The notes: a model not told the origin generated them from the letters alone. A stretch of 64,000 nucleotides of DNA from a virus (IMGVR_UViG_3300021066_000001), one strand, 5' to 3'. Counted from the stretch's first letter, positions 8,726-17,478 are shown. Translations and numbers: made by a program.

Positions 8726-9769
8726 CTACTTCACCTTGATCTCCACCGCACTTAGGTGCTTGTCGATCTCTCGCTTGAGCGAGGAGGGCGAGCGGCCCGG
8801 AACCTGCACGTAGACATCCTGGCCTTGCTTCCGCGCGACGGCCTTGACGGTGTCGGTGTGAGTATGACCCATGTAGCGGATCATGCAATAAACCCTCTGA
8901 AAGCCGTCGAAAACGAGAGGGCGCTCGTCACCTCGAAAGTACCTGATGTCGAAGAACTGCTCGTAGCCCTCAAGCTCGCGCCGCCACTTGTCGAACAGGC
9001 CGACGACCGCGATCCGAGGTTTCCGGGTGAACTGGAGCTGGGGTACCTTCTCGGCCTTCAAGAAGGTATCGATCGCGGTCGTGAGCGGGCCAGTGTTCAC
9101 CTGGTAGGTTGACGGCTCAGACGGCTTGGGTCGCAACGCCTCGACCTCGGCGCGCAGTTTGGTGACGTCCTCGCGGAGCTCGTCAACGATGATGAGGGTG
9201 TCCCGAAGGATGCGCTCTTGCTCGTTGAGGGTCTCTTGAAAGACGTTACCGAGGCCGCGCAGGTAGTTAGCCATCATCATCTTGATTCCCGACTCGATCA
9301 GCTCGAGCGGAGATGCGGTGCCTTGTAGAGGTGCAGCATCTTTTCTCTCTACAGGTTGCTGCTGCTCTGGCTGTTTGGTCTCTGCGGGCTTCGTCTGCTC
9401 AATGAGGACTCCCTTTGGGGTGCGTGTCCCGTCGTAGATCTCCATGTTGTACTTGTGGCCGCGCTCGTTGAGGATCTTCCTCCAGGCGCCGACATCTTGC
9501 TCGCTCAAGTGCTCGCGGGTGCGGTTGCCGTCGAGCATGCGCTTCGAGACGAGCGACTCTTGTGCCTTGCGAAAGATCACGTGGGAGAAGTGATCTAGCG
9601 GAAACGCGTTCTCCCGAGCGAGCATGTTAAACATCTCGTCCTGGATCTTCTGAACCTCGGAGGGCACCCAAGTGACGCGAGGCTTTCGAGACAGAGAAGC
9701 TCTTCCGCCGGGTGCCCGCGCCACGTTCTCCATCGCTCGCGTCATCGCCAACCCCATCGTCGTCCCCAT
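8726..9769 (-). CDS. Coiled-coil protein with C-terminal DUF2325-like flavodoxin-type domain
   Basis: C-terminal IAVVG...YMGHTHT...SPSSLKREI resembles DUF2325. Confidence 0.55.
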   Translation of the reverse strand: MGTTMGLAMTRAMENVARAPGGRASLSRKPRVTWVPSEVQKIQDEMFNMLARENAFPLDHFSHVIFRKAQESLVSKRMLDGNRTREHLSEQDVGAWRKILNERGHKYNMEIYDGTRTPKGVLIEQTKPAETKQPEQQQPVERKDAAPLQGTASPLELIESGIKMMMANYLRGLGNVFQETLNEQERILRDTLIIVDELREDVTKLRAEVEALRPKPSEPSTYQVNTGPLTTAIDTFLKAEKVPQLQFTRKPRIAVVGLFDKWRRELEGYEQFFDIRYFRGDERPLVFDGFQRVYCMIRYMGHTHTDTVKAVARKQGQDVYVQVPGRSPSSLKREIDKHLSAVEIKVK

Positions 9770-9786
9770 CGTTCATTCTCCTTTAG

Positions 9787-10443
9787 TTACGCGTACTTCT
9801 CCCAGTCTTGGCCGTAGCGCTGCTTGAGTCGCTCGATCCAAGCGATCGTCTTGATCTTGACCATCCACTGCTGGTCGCGTCGATCGACGCCCTTGCACAT
9901 CAAACCCTCATCCAGCTTAAAGGCCTTGCCCCCGCTGATCACGTGTCCCTGCGCGACTTGCTCGATCAGCTCGCGATTGAGGTTTCCGTAATAGAGGCAA
10001 ACTGGCATCCACGGTTCGGCGCCCTCGCCCATGCCGTCAAAGATCCTAACCATGCGATTGGGTGGGATGAAACCCTTCTGGTGAATCCACACGTCGATGA
10101 GCTTGAGCTCCTTCGGCTCGTCAAGAACGTGGTTTCCCGCGAACGAGCTCGGCCCGAGGAACTCGGTGTAGACCGTGAACTCTTGGATGCCCTTGTGCTC
10201 CCTAGTGACGACTCGCTCGATCTGCTCGGCCATCGATCCGAGGAAGAGCGGGATCGCCTGGTTCCACGGTGACTCGTCAGCGCCGAAGAGCCGATTGCGA
10301 GTGCCGTGCTTGTAAAAGCCCTTCTTGCGCCGCCACTCCCACCTAAGATTCGAGCCGTCGTACTTGTAGAAGCCGTAGCACGGCTCGCCGAAGGGCACCT
10401 TTGACTTTTCCCTCCAGCTCGGGACGGAGGGAAATTCCTTCAC
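9787..10443 (-). CDS. RNA ligase-like nucleotidyltransferase (Rnl2-like)
   Basis: Motif I KYDGSN, VYTEF, LIDVW, EGLMCK and terminal KIKT. Confidence 0.7.
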   Translation of the reverse strand: MKEFPSVPSWREKSKVPFGEPCYGFYKYDGSNLRWEWRRKKGFYKHGTRNRLFGADESPWNQAIPLFLGSMAEQIERVVTREHKGIQEFTVYTEFLGPSSFAGNHVLDEPKELKLIDVWIHQKGFIPPNRMVRIFDGMGEGAEPWMPVCLYYGNLNRELIEQVAQGHVISGGKAFKLDEGLMCKGVDRRDQQWMVKIKTIAWIERLKQRYGQDWEKYA

Positions 10444-10829
10444 GCGATCACCTCGATCGGGCGATCCGACTGGATAGTTATTTGCCAGAGATCGATGAGC
10501 TTTTGGCGCTCATGCGTCGCGTTAGCCTCAAGGAGAGACATCTCATCGTCAGACGGACGTTGACCATCCTCAAGAGGGTAAACCTTTAACCTCTCATCCT
10601 TCGAGAGGGCATCCGTCTTTTTGAAGATCATCACGCGAGACTTATCCGTTTGCTTGATGAGCTCGTCGTCTCTAATGTACCGGTGAAGAGGAAGCTCTTT
10701 CCCGCCCTTGAAGATGACGGTGAATGCGACGGACGAGTGCTGCGGATAACCCATGATCGAGATGGTTAGCTTGTTGACCATGACGATCTCGCTGAGGCTG
10801 ATCAGGTTTCCCCAGAGCTGAACGATCAT
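10440..10829 (-). CDS. Hypothetical protein
   Basis: ATGA-coupled ORF. Confidence 0.5.
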   Translation of the reverse strand: MIVQLWGNLISLSEIVMVNKLTISIMGYPQHSSVAFTVIFKGGKELPLHRYIRDDELIKQTDKSRVMIFKKTDALSKDERLKVYPLEDGQRPSDDEMSLLEANATHERQKLIDLWQITIQSDRPIEVIA

Positions 10830-11392
10830 GCCCGCCCCATGCTCTCGAGAGCGACGAGAGCCGTCTCGCACGTGTGCTCGAGCGTCGTCTGGATCGGCGG
10901 GATGTGCGGGCACTCGGTCGCCACGTAGTGACGGATGTACCGCTCGTTGCCGAAGGGGTAACGTGGGCTGCTCTCGTCGATTCCGAGCACGACCTTCGCG
11001 CCGAAGTTGCTCAGCGCGGAGTACTTGCCGAACTCGAGGCGCGTCGTCTGGGCGTATGCCCGCTCAGGGGCCTTGCGCGCGATGACCGGGCACGCCATCC
11101 AGAAGAGGATGACGCCGTAACCGGTGCAGTGCTTGAGGTGGTTGAGCTCCCAATTGACTTGCTCGTAGTACATCTCGTCGGTGAACTCGACTACCGTCGG
11201 AGACTTTTCTTGCCGCGGGTTGAAGATAAAGATCGGCGACCTCGCCCTCTCTCGGAGGATGCGCACCGCGTCGAGCTGCCAGTTCGGCGCGTCGGTGATC
11301 GGACCAGCGAGAAAGATCGCGGGGTCGCTCGGCGAGAGGTCCTCGGAGTAGTAGGGAGCGGTCAAGACGCGAGTGCGGTCAAGTCGATTCAT
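10826..11392 (-). CDS. Nucleoside 2-deoxyribosyltransferase-like protein
   Basis: IFLAGPI...NWQ...IFNPR...EQVNWE and TTRLEFG. Confidence 0.75.
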   Translation of the reverse strand: MNRLDRTRVLTAPYYSEDLSPSDPAIFLAGPITDAPNWQLDAVRILRERARSPIFIFNPRQEKSPTVVEFTDEMYYEQVNWELNHLKHCTGYGVILFWMACPVIARKAPERAYAQTTRLEFGKYSALSNFGAKVVLGIDESSPRYPFGNERYIRHYVATECPHIPPIQTTLEHTCETALVALESMGRA

Positions 11393-11835
11393 AGAAGCTT
11401 GAGATGTCCCGTGAGAAGGTCAAAGAGGTCAAGCTTCTCGGAAGGGCCGAGAGCGAGACACGTGTAGGTAGGGACGCCGTTGAACTCGGTGAGCCCGTTG
11501 TCCTTGATGAGAGCGCCAGGCAACCTCCCGGACAAGAGCATCGGCTGAGCCGCCTTCCAGACGTCGAGCAGCTCTTGCTCGCTGTCGACTCCGACACAGA
11601 TCTTCTTGAAGCCTGTAGGCGGAACGTCGGCCCCGCCGACGAGCCATCGACGCACTCCCTCGTCAGTGAGGGGGATCTCAAAGCGAGCTTCACTGGTGTG
11701 AGACTGCGTCGCAGGAATGTATTGTCCGATCGCGAGAATCGCCGCCATCGACGCGTGAGCCCCTTGAGCGACCATCTTGCCCTTGCGCATGTTGAGATCT
11801 TTGCGCATCACGATGACCTGCTTAGGTTCGCTCAC
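11389..11835 (-). CDS. pth2: Peptidyl-tRNA hydrolase, Pth2 family
   Basis: KQVIVMRKDLNMRKGKMVAQGAHAS, KKIC..V, IKDNGLTEF..PTYTCLALGP. Confidence 0.92.
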   Translation of the reverse strand: MSEPKQVIVMRKDLNMRKGKMVAQGAHASMAAILAIGQYIPATQSHTSEARFEIPLTDEGVRRWLVGGADVPPTGFKKICVGVDSEQELLDVWKAAQPMLLSGRLPGALIKDNGLTEFNGVPTYTCLALGPSEKLDLFDLLTGHLKLL

Positions 11836-12031
11836 CTGCGCCTCTGCTCGGCGTCACACGGGTTGATCCTCGGGTCGTTGGCTGCCAGAGGAGTCGACTC
11901 AGGGTTGACGTGAAATTCGAGCGCAAGCTCTCCCCGACCGACTACGTGAATTGTCATGAACCCCGTCAGATCTTCAGGCTTCTCGCAGGGGAGGTCGAAA
12001 ACCTTGCCGTTGGGGAGGACGGTGGGCAAGC

Positions 12032-12268
12032 TCACTCCAAAACTAGCTCGCCGATCTCGTTGTACGGACGCGGCTTTCCGTTCTCGTCATAGACGAAGAG
12101 ATCTGATGGCCAGCTGCCCTTCTTGTCGGCTTGCTCGACGTAGCCAGCGTAATAGAGCCCGTGACCCAAGGCGCGACCATTGTAGAGGCAAGGACGTACA
12201 ACCTTGCCGTCTAGCATCCGCACGCGCTGCGTGCCCTTCTTCTTTGATCCAACCTTTGCGTCAGCCAT
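12032..12268 (-). CDS. Hypothetical protein
   Basis: 78-aa ORF with phage codon usage. Confidence 0.55.
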   Translation of the reverse strand: MADAKVGSKKKGTQRVRMLDGKVVRPCLYNGRALGHGLYYAGYVEQADKKGSWPSDLFVYDENGKPRPYNEIGELVLE

Positions 12269-12509
12269 CTTTGTCTAGCTCTTGTTTGCCTATTGCGAAC
12301 ATTGCTCCGAAGCCGAAGCAAGCCCCTGACCACAGCGCCGCGGGCACAGGTCCGAGAATTGCCCAGATCATGAGAGAGGTCAGCACCGAACCGACGACGC
12401 CGACCGCGAAGAGAAACCACGACACCGTGAAATCTTAACACCTCAGGAGAGAGATGTAAACTCTTGCTTTAGACTCTCCAGATCTGAGCGTAGAGTTTCG
12501 GTGGAATCG

Positions 12510-12968
12510 TCAGTAGCTATGCTTGAGGTAGGAGACTAGCTCGTCGAGAGTGATCGTCGTCGCGGATGACCAACCCCAGGCCCGAAACGGTCCTCTCTTT
12601 GCCCGATACATCTCGGCCAACGTCTCCAGGGTTTTCGGGTGCTCCTTCGGAAGCTTCACCTCTCGAAGCACCGCCTTGAGCATCTCGCGGATCTTTCGCT
12701 CACGAGGCGTCTTGGTGCCCTTGGCCTTCGCGGCCTCTGAAAAGAGCTTTCGGTAGTGAGGATCTTGCCTGAGGTCCTCCTCCGTACGACCGGTCTCTGC
12801 CATGGCGCGTCGGATCGCTTCGGACTCCCTCTTCATCGGTGCGTGGGGACCGTTTACGCCGAGAGGAACGGACTTGTACTCTCCGCCCTCGACCTCGTCA
12901 CCGCGGTATGCGAGCGGCGTGACGCGTGAGCTTCGCTTGACTGAGCGAATCAGATCTTGGTCACTCAT
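12510..12968 (-). CDS. Hypothetical basic protein
   Basis: 152-aa ORF downstream of an early promoter (about 13164-13192). Confidence 0.55.
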   Translation of the reverse strand: MSDQDLIRSVKRSSRVTPLAYRGDEVEGGEYKSVPLGVNGPHAPMKRESEAIRRAMAETGRTEEDLRQDPHYRKLFSEAAKAKGTKTPRERKIREMLKAVLREVKLPKEHPKTLETLAEMYRAKRGPFRAWGWSSATTITLDELVSYLKHSY

Positions 12969-13237
12969 CCGTCGTATTCCCTAGTCTGGCGCACGTTGAA
13001 GTACGCCGTCGAGATGACGTCGTCACCGAGCTTGAGATTGACAGTTCTCCCGTTCGGGTCGGTGAAACCGCCCGGCCCTTCCGTGATCTCGATGCTCAGG
13101 TTCTCCCTGAGAAACGCGTAAAGCTCTTCGGTAGTCACATCGCCTCCGATGTCTAGAGGATGATTATATCAAGTGTTGCGAGTCTTGTAAATGAAAACGG
13201 AGAGCGATCGCTCTCCGTCACCAAGCCGTCAATGCTG

Positions 13238-14155
13238 CTAGAACTTGTACGGCATCCTGTACTCGAACTTCACCGACTCTCCCTCTCGGATCTCCTTGAC
13301 CATGTCGATCAGGTCACCGACGTTCTGTGGGAGGCCACCCATGATCGGATGAGGCGACGGTTGCATGTACGGACCGTGCCCAGGCTTGTCCTCGGCGGCT
13401 TGTGACATCTTCTTCAGCTCGTCTCTGGTGTAGATCGCCTTCGACTCGCTGAGCTCCTTCGCCTTCGCCGCGGCTTGCTCAAGCGTCATGACGGAGTCGG
13501 CCAATCCCATCTTCACCACGTTTTTACCGAAGAAGATCTTCGCGCGCTTGATCTCGCGCCACGCTTCCTCGTTGATCTTGCTGCCCCGAGCGGCCTTGAC
13601 CACGCCGTAGAAGGTCTGGGCGAGCTCGTCCACGAGGCCCTGAATGTACTTCTTCTCCTCGTCGTCAGGTGCCCGAGTTGGGTTCCACACGTCCTTGAGA
13701 GATCCGCTCTTGTAAGTCTCGCTGTCGATCTTCGCCCACTCGAGCAAGCGGTGATATCTAGTCGCCGACACGATCACGCCGACGCTTCCGCCGATCGCTT
13801 CGGTGCGAACCCCGATGTACTTGACCGAGGTCGCCATCATCACGTACACTCCGCCCGACGCACAGATGTTGTTGCACCACGCGACGACCGGGACCTTGAT
13901 CTTGCCGAGCTCCTCGTGAACGGCCGCGGCTGAAACCGCGGAGCCTCCCGGGGAGTCGACGATCATGAGCACGGCCTTGATGCGCTGATTGTCGTTGATC
14001 TTCTCGACCTGATCCTTGACGGTTCGAGTCGTGTGATCACCGATGCCGCCCTCGATCTTGATCACCTCGAGGATGTCTGGTCTACCGGATTGCGCTTGTG
14101 CGGGGGCTGCGAGGAGGGAAAAGGCTGCTAGGAGTGCTGCGAGAACAAGTTTCAC
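13238..14155 (-). CDS. sppA: S49-family peptidase (SppA-like) with signal peptide
   Basis: VDSPGGSAV, ASGGVY, GGSVGV and YKSGSLKD motifs; hydrophobic N-terminus; TATAAATA at 14205-14212. Confidence 0.88.
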   Translation of the reverse strand: MKLVLAALLAAFSLLAAPAQAQSGRPDILEVIKIEGGIGDHTTRTVKDQVEKINDNQRIKAVLMIVDSPGGSAVSAAAVHEELGKIKVPVVAWCNNICASGGVYVMMATSVKYIGVRTEAIGGSVGVIVSATRYHRLLEWAKIDSETYKSGSLKDVWNPTRAPDDEEKKYIQGLVDELAQTFYGVVKAARGSKINEEAWREIKRAKIFFGKNVVKMGLADSVMTLEQAAAKAKELSESKAIYTRDELKKMSQAAEDKPGHGPYMQPSPHPIMGGLPQNVGDLIDMVKEIREGESVKFEYRMPYKF

Positions 14156-14204
14156 TCTGATCTCCGAGACTAGATATGCGTATGTGCACACCAGAACTTC
14201 TCGG

Positions 14205-14246
14205 TATTTATAGAGTCAGGACGTGCCTCCCTTGGCCAAATAAATA
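14205..14246. promoter_or_regulatory. Divergent T4-like late promoters (TATAAATA on - at 14205-14212; TAAATA on + at 14241-14246)
   Basis: Exact T4 late consensus TATAAATA on the minus strand. Confidence 0.65.
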
Positions 14247-14251
14247 TTGTG

Positions 14252-15715
14252 ATGAAGCTGCAAGCAGATGTGTTGATTCTGGGAGGAGGACCTGCTGGAT
14301 GTTGGGCCGCCCTGTCCGCCTTGAGTCACGGGGCCAAGGTCGTCATCGCTGATAAGGGCTTCGTCAGCACCAGCGGATCAATGGCTGCCGCGTCTTGCGG
14401 TACCGCTAGAAGCATCTCGTCATTCACCCCGTATGACGCCGCCGGAGGATATCTCGCCCGAAAGTACCGTCAATTCAAGATCATCCTCGAAGTAGCTAAA
14501 AATGAGCATAAGCTAGAGAGCTGGACCAAGCACTATCGTTACCTCCAGAGCTTAGAGGTCATGCGGATCTTTCGACGTCAGCTCTTAAAGTCGGGTGTCA
14601 AGATCTTAGATCACTCGCCAGCTCTAGAGCTGCTCGTCGATGAATCAGGAATAGTTTCAGGCGCGCGCGGACGTCAATCTCAACGAGAGTTCACGCCGTG
14701 GGAGGTGGAGGCGAAGGCGACCGTTCTAGCGACAGGCGGATGCTCTTGGCTAAGCTCGACCCTCGGGGGAAACACTAACACCGGCGACGGGCTCTTGATG
14801 GCCAGTGAGGTCGGAGCTGAGCTGTCGGGGATGGAGTTTGGAAACTTCTACAGCTACGCTCCGAAGGGAACGTCGATGACGAAGGGCTTGTACTACAAAT
14901 ACGCCACCTTCGTTGACGCCGACGGGCGCGAGATCTCCAGAACCGAGAAGTTTGAAGTTGCAGAAGCGCTGAGACGCGGTCCAGTGAGGTGTAAGCTCAA
15001 CAAGGCACCGACGCACCTCCGCAGCGTGATGAAGGTCATGCAACCTAACCTCTTTCTCGTGTTCGAGAAGCTCGGAATTGACCCCTTCACGGAGTGGTGG
15101 GAGATCGATTGCGTCCTAGAGGGCACCATGAGAGGGAGCGGAGGTATCCACGTCACCGACGAGTGCATGACCACAGCGATCGGGCTCTACGCCGCAGGAG
15201 ATGTCGCGTGCAGGACGCCTGTCGTCGGCGCGTGGCTGATTCCAGAGGCTTACATGACCTGGGTCGTCGGGAGCGGAAACATAGCTGGGAGGGGAGCAGC
15301 ATCCTTTGCTCGTGAACGCAGCCAGATCATCAACGCTACGTCTCGCGCAGCGGCAGGGTTAGGATCCGCGAGCTTCGACGCTCGCCGAGTGATCAAAGCA
15401 ACACAAGCTGAAATCCTTCCCCTAGATAAAACCATGTTCAGGACCCGAGAAAAGCTCTTAAGCTCTCTGAGGATTTTTGACGGCCTCTGGGAGCAGATAA
15501 GGAACGGGTCAGATCACTCTGCTCCGGTAAAATCTCGTGAAGCCGCCGCGATGATCATCGCGGCCCGTTGGGGAGCCACCGCCGCGTTAGAGCGAACGGA
15601 GACGCGCGGATATCACATCAGGCTCGACCATCCGCACCAGGATCCTGCCCAACATGACTACATCAACATCGGGGGGTTAGATTCTATCTGGGTACGTCGT
15701 GATCGAATTACTTAG
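14252..15715 (+). CDS. FAD-dependent oxidoreductase (SdhA/NadB/AprA superfamily)
   Basis: DVLILGGGPAG Rossmann motif, LATGG, GLYAAGD, C-terminal ETRGYHIRLDHP. Confidence 0.88.
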   Translation: MKLQADVLILGGGPAGCWAALSALSHGAKVVIADKGFVSTSGSMAAASCGTARSISSFTPYDAAGGYLARKYRQFKIILEVAKNEHKLESWTKHYRYLQSLEVMRIFRRQLLKSGVKILDHSPALELLVDESGIVSGARGRQSQREFTPWEVEAKATVLATGGCSWLSSTLGGNTNTGDGLLMASEVGAELSGMEFGNFYSYAPKGTSMTKGLYYKYATFVDADGREISRTEKFEVAEALRRGPVRCKLNKAPTHLRSVMKVMQPNLFLVFEKLGIDPFTEWWEIDCVLEGTMRGSGGIHVTDECMTTAIGLYAAGDVACRTPVVGAWLIPEAYMTWVVGSGNIAGRGAASFARERSQIINATSRAAAGLGSASFDARRVIKATQAEILPLDKTMFRTREKLLSSLRIFDGLWEQIRNGSDHSAPVKSREAAAMIIAARWGATAALERTETRGYHIRLDHPHQDPAQHDYINIGGLDSIWVRRDRIT

Positions 15716-16082
15716 CGCCGATCGGTGCATCTCGTGCGACAAGTGCGTCAAGGTGTGCCCCACCAACGTCTTCGACACGACTAAGACCATTCCGATCATC
15801 GCTAGGAAGGAAGATTGCCAAACGTGCTTCATCTGCGAGGTCTATTGTCCTGTCGACGCGATCTACGTAGCCCCATTTACGCATGAGATCGAGGTGGATG
15901 AACAGCAGCTCGCGAGAAACGGAAAGCTAGGAGCTTATCGGAGAGCTCTAGGTTGGAAGCGGGAGGGCGACAACATCGCAGCTAGAGTAGCTAAAGTTCA
16001 AGAGCTGCGAGAAAAAGCTCTAAGCTCTCCGGGCGCTGAGCATCTTGATGAACCTCGCCGGGATCCTACCTCTATAAGCTAG
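15699..16082 (+). CDS. 2x[4Fe-4S] ferredoxin (AprB-like)
   Basis: CISCDKCVKVCP and CQTCFICEVYCP; overlaps the flavoprotein stop. Confidence 0.88.
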   Translation: MIELLSADRCISCDKCVKVCPTNVFDTTKTIPIIARKEDCQTCFICEVYCPVDAIYVAPFTHEIEVDEQQLARNGKLGAYRRALGWKREGDNIAARVAKVQELREKALSSPGAEHLDEPRRDPTSIS

Positions 16083-16934
16083 CGAGCCGAGCTCCTGAAC
16101 CGATCTCTTCTGCATCTCGTGCTCCTTGTCCTTGTTCTTCGTTAGAAAGACCGCGAAGTGATCGTCGGGGCGGAGCTTGGCGGAGTCAGGTACCTCTACC
16201 TTGAGGATGACGTAACCATCATCGTTATCCTTCTCGGCCTGACGCTTGCCGTAGAACTCGGCGACCTTGGCGGTCGTTGCGAGGTAAACGTTCTCCTCAG
16301 AATAGCCCTTGACAAGATCGACGTAGATCTCGCCCGTGTTTCCTGGACGCAGACCCTCTCGAGAGATCTTCTCGTTCCAGCGCTTCTTCGAGGTTCCGTG
16401 ATACATGATTTGGCCGCCGCCTCCCATCATCGTTTGAACGGGGTCGGGGTGCTTGAGGAAGTCGCCCATCTTCATTCCATTGTATGGAGACGGGACACCC
16501 TTGAGCTTGAAGTCGTCCGTGACGCCATACTTGCGGAGGTTCTTGAACGCGGCCTGGATGTCCTTGACGTCGTTGATCGAGCGCTGGCGCATCTTGTCAC
16601 CAACAGACTCCTTGCTCACGGTGATGACCTTGTTCTTGAGGTCGACCTTGCCGCCGAAGTGATTCCAGAGGCTGGAGTCCATCTTGTAGTCCTTGATCTT
16701 GCCGGCCCGCTTAGCCTCGATCTGACCGGTCGCGACGACGCTCGAATAGACCGCATTGTCGGTGCTGTGGAGGATGAGATCACCCTTGTGATAGGTAAAA
16801 TGAAATCCCTCGGAGGGCGCCATGAATTGAGGATCTTCTCTGCGGGGCCAGTAGGCGAGGTCGTCGAAGCGATCCTCGTGCCGATAGTCCTTGACGGACT
16901 TGGCTTCAAGAAGAAATTGGCGGAAGGAGCTCAC
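16020..16934 (-). CDS. Putative virion-packaged ADP-ribosyltransferase-fold protein
   Basis: Leader MSSFRQFLLEA; C-terminal YHGT...GL...VYLAT...YG...ILKVEV resembles ART/Tpt1 folds; TAAATA at 16939-16944. Confidence 0.6.
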   Translation of the reverse strand: MSSFRQFLLEAKSVKDYRHEDRFDDLAYWPRREDPQFMAPSEGFHFTYHKGDLILHSTDNAVYSSVVATGQIEAKRAGKIKDYKMDSSLWNHFGGKVDLKNKVITVSKESVGDKMRQRSINDVKDIQAAFKNLRKYGVTDDFKLKGVPSPYNGMKMGDFLKHPDPVQTMMGGGGQIMYHGTSKKRWNEKISREGLRPGNTGEIYVDLVKGYSEENVYLATTAKVAEFYGKRQAEKDNDDGYVILKVEVPDSAKLRPDDHFAVFLTKNKDKEHEMQKRSVQELGSLAYRGRIPARFIKMLSARRA

Positions 16935-16951
16935 CGCCTATTTAACTTTTG

Positions 16952-17034
16952 TGGTGCCGACGGAGGGATTCGAACCCTCACGAGCCTGGGGTTTAAGCCC
17001 AGTGACTGTCCCAATTTGTCCTAGCCACGCCGGC
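16952..17034 (-). tRNA. Atypical tRNA, anticodon UAA (Leu), 5-nt insertion before the D-arm and short variable loop
   Basis: GCCGGCG/CGTCGGC-ACCA; AC arm CTGGG-CTTAAAC-CCCAG; variable region GCTCGT only. Confidence 0.75.
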
Positions 17035-17055
17035 GTGATTCGAAAGCAGTACCTC

Positions 17056-17274
17056 TGGTAGGGCAGGCGGGAGTCGAACCCGCAAACGCCTCCGACCTGA
17101 GTCATTACTTCAGGCAACGCCGCCGTTGGAAACCTGCTTCCCTGCTAACCCCTTGGCAGGAGCTTCGCCCGGTGCAATCTGTTAACCGTACTCGACGACG
17201 TTCTTGATGGAGACGCCCATTTTACTGGAGCTCGTCCGTGTTTTACAAGTGGCCTTCCTTCGGCCTTCTGCCCC
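17056..17274 (-). ncRNA. 219-nt tRNA-like / mini-tmRNA-like RNA containing ORF MGVSIKNVVEYG* (17182-17220)
   Basis: Acceptor GGGGCAG/CTGCCCT-ACCA, D-like GGCC-GAAGGAA-GGCC, and a T-arm identical to that of the tmRNA. Confidence 0.7.
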
Positions 17275-17353
17275 GGTGGATCGGAAGGGAATCGAACCCT
17301 CGTCGCGTTTCCCTTGGGAAGGGTCCCACGCAGTTGCCAAGAGCTGCCGACCC
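17275..17353 (-). ncRNA. tRNA-like RNA with Ala acceptor (G3-U70, A73) and UUCCCAA (Gly-type) loop
   Basis: GGGTCGG/CCGATCC-ACC; GAC-GAGGG-TTCGATT-CCCTT; arm GCGT..CCC-TTCCCAA-GGG..ACGC. Confidence 0.7.
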
Positions 17354-17360
17354 AGAACCA

Positions 17361-17476
17361 CACATCACCTAGCCGGTTTGGCGCGAGCGGGTGGGCTACA
17401 ACCGGAAATGCCACCGAGGAATCTCACCTCGGCTGCGCCCAGACGAGCTGGGACGACTCGCCACCATCGTGATGTG
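17361..17476 (-). ncRNA. Candidate structured spacer RNA closed by an 8-9 bp terminal stem
   Basis: CACATCAC/GTGATGTG termini; internal hairpins CCCAG/CTGGG and CCGAGG-TGAGATT-CCTCGG. Confidence 0.4.
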
Positions 17477-17478
17477 CT

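Noticed and set aside
17056-17274. Group I intron inside a normal tRNA
   Set aside because: The insert is only about 145 nt, lacks recognisable P7/R/S elements, and no excision restores a canonical 7-nt anticodon loop.
17056-17353. Circularly permuted two-piece tmRNA
   Set aside because: The upstream 3' acceptor strand (CCGATCC) does not pair with the downstream 5' strand (GGGGCAG); each element has its own complete acceptor stem.
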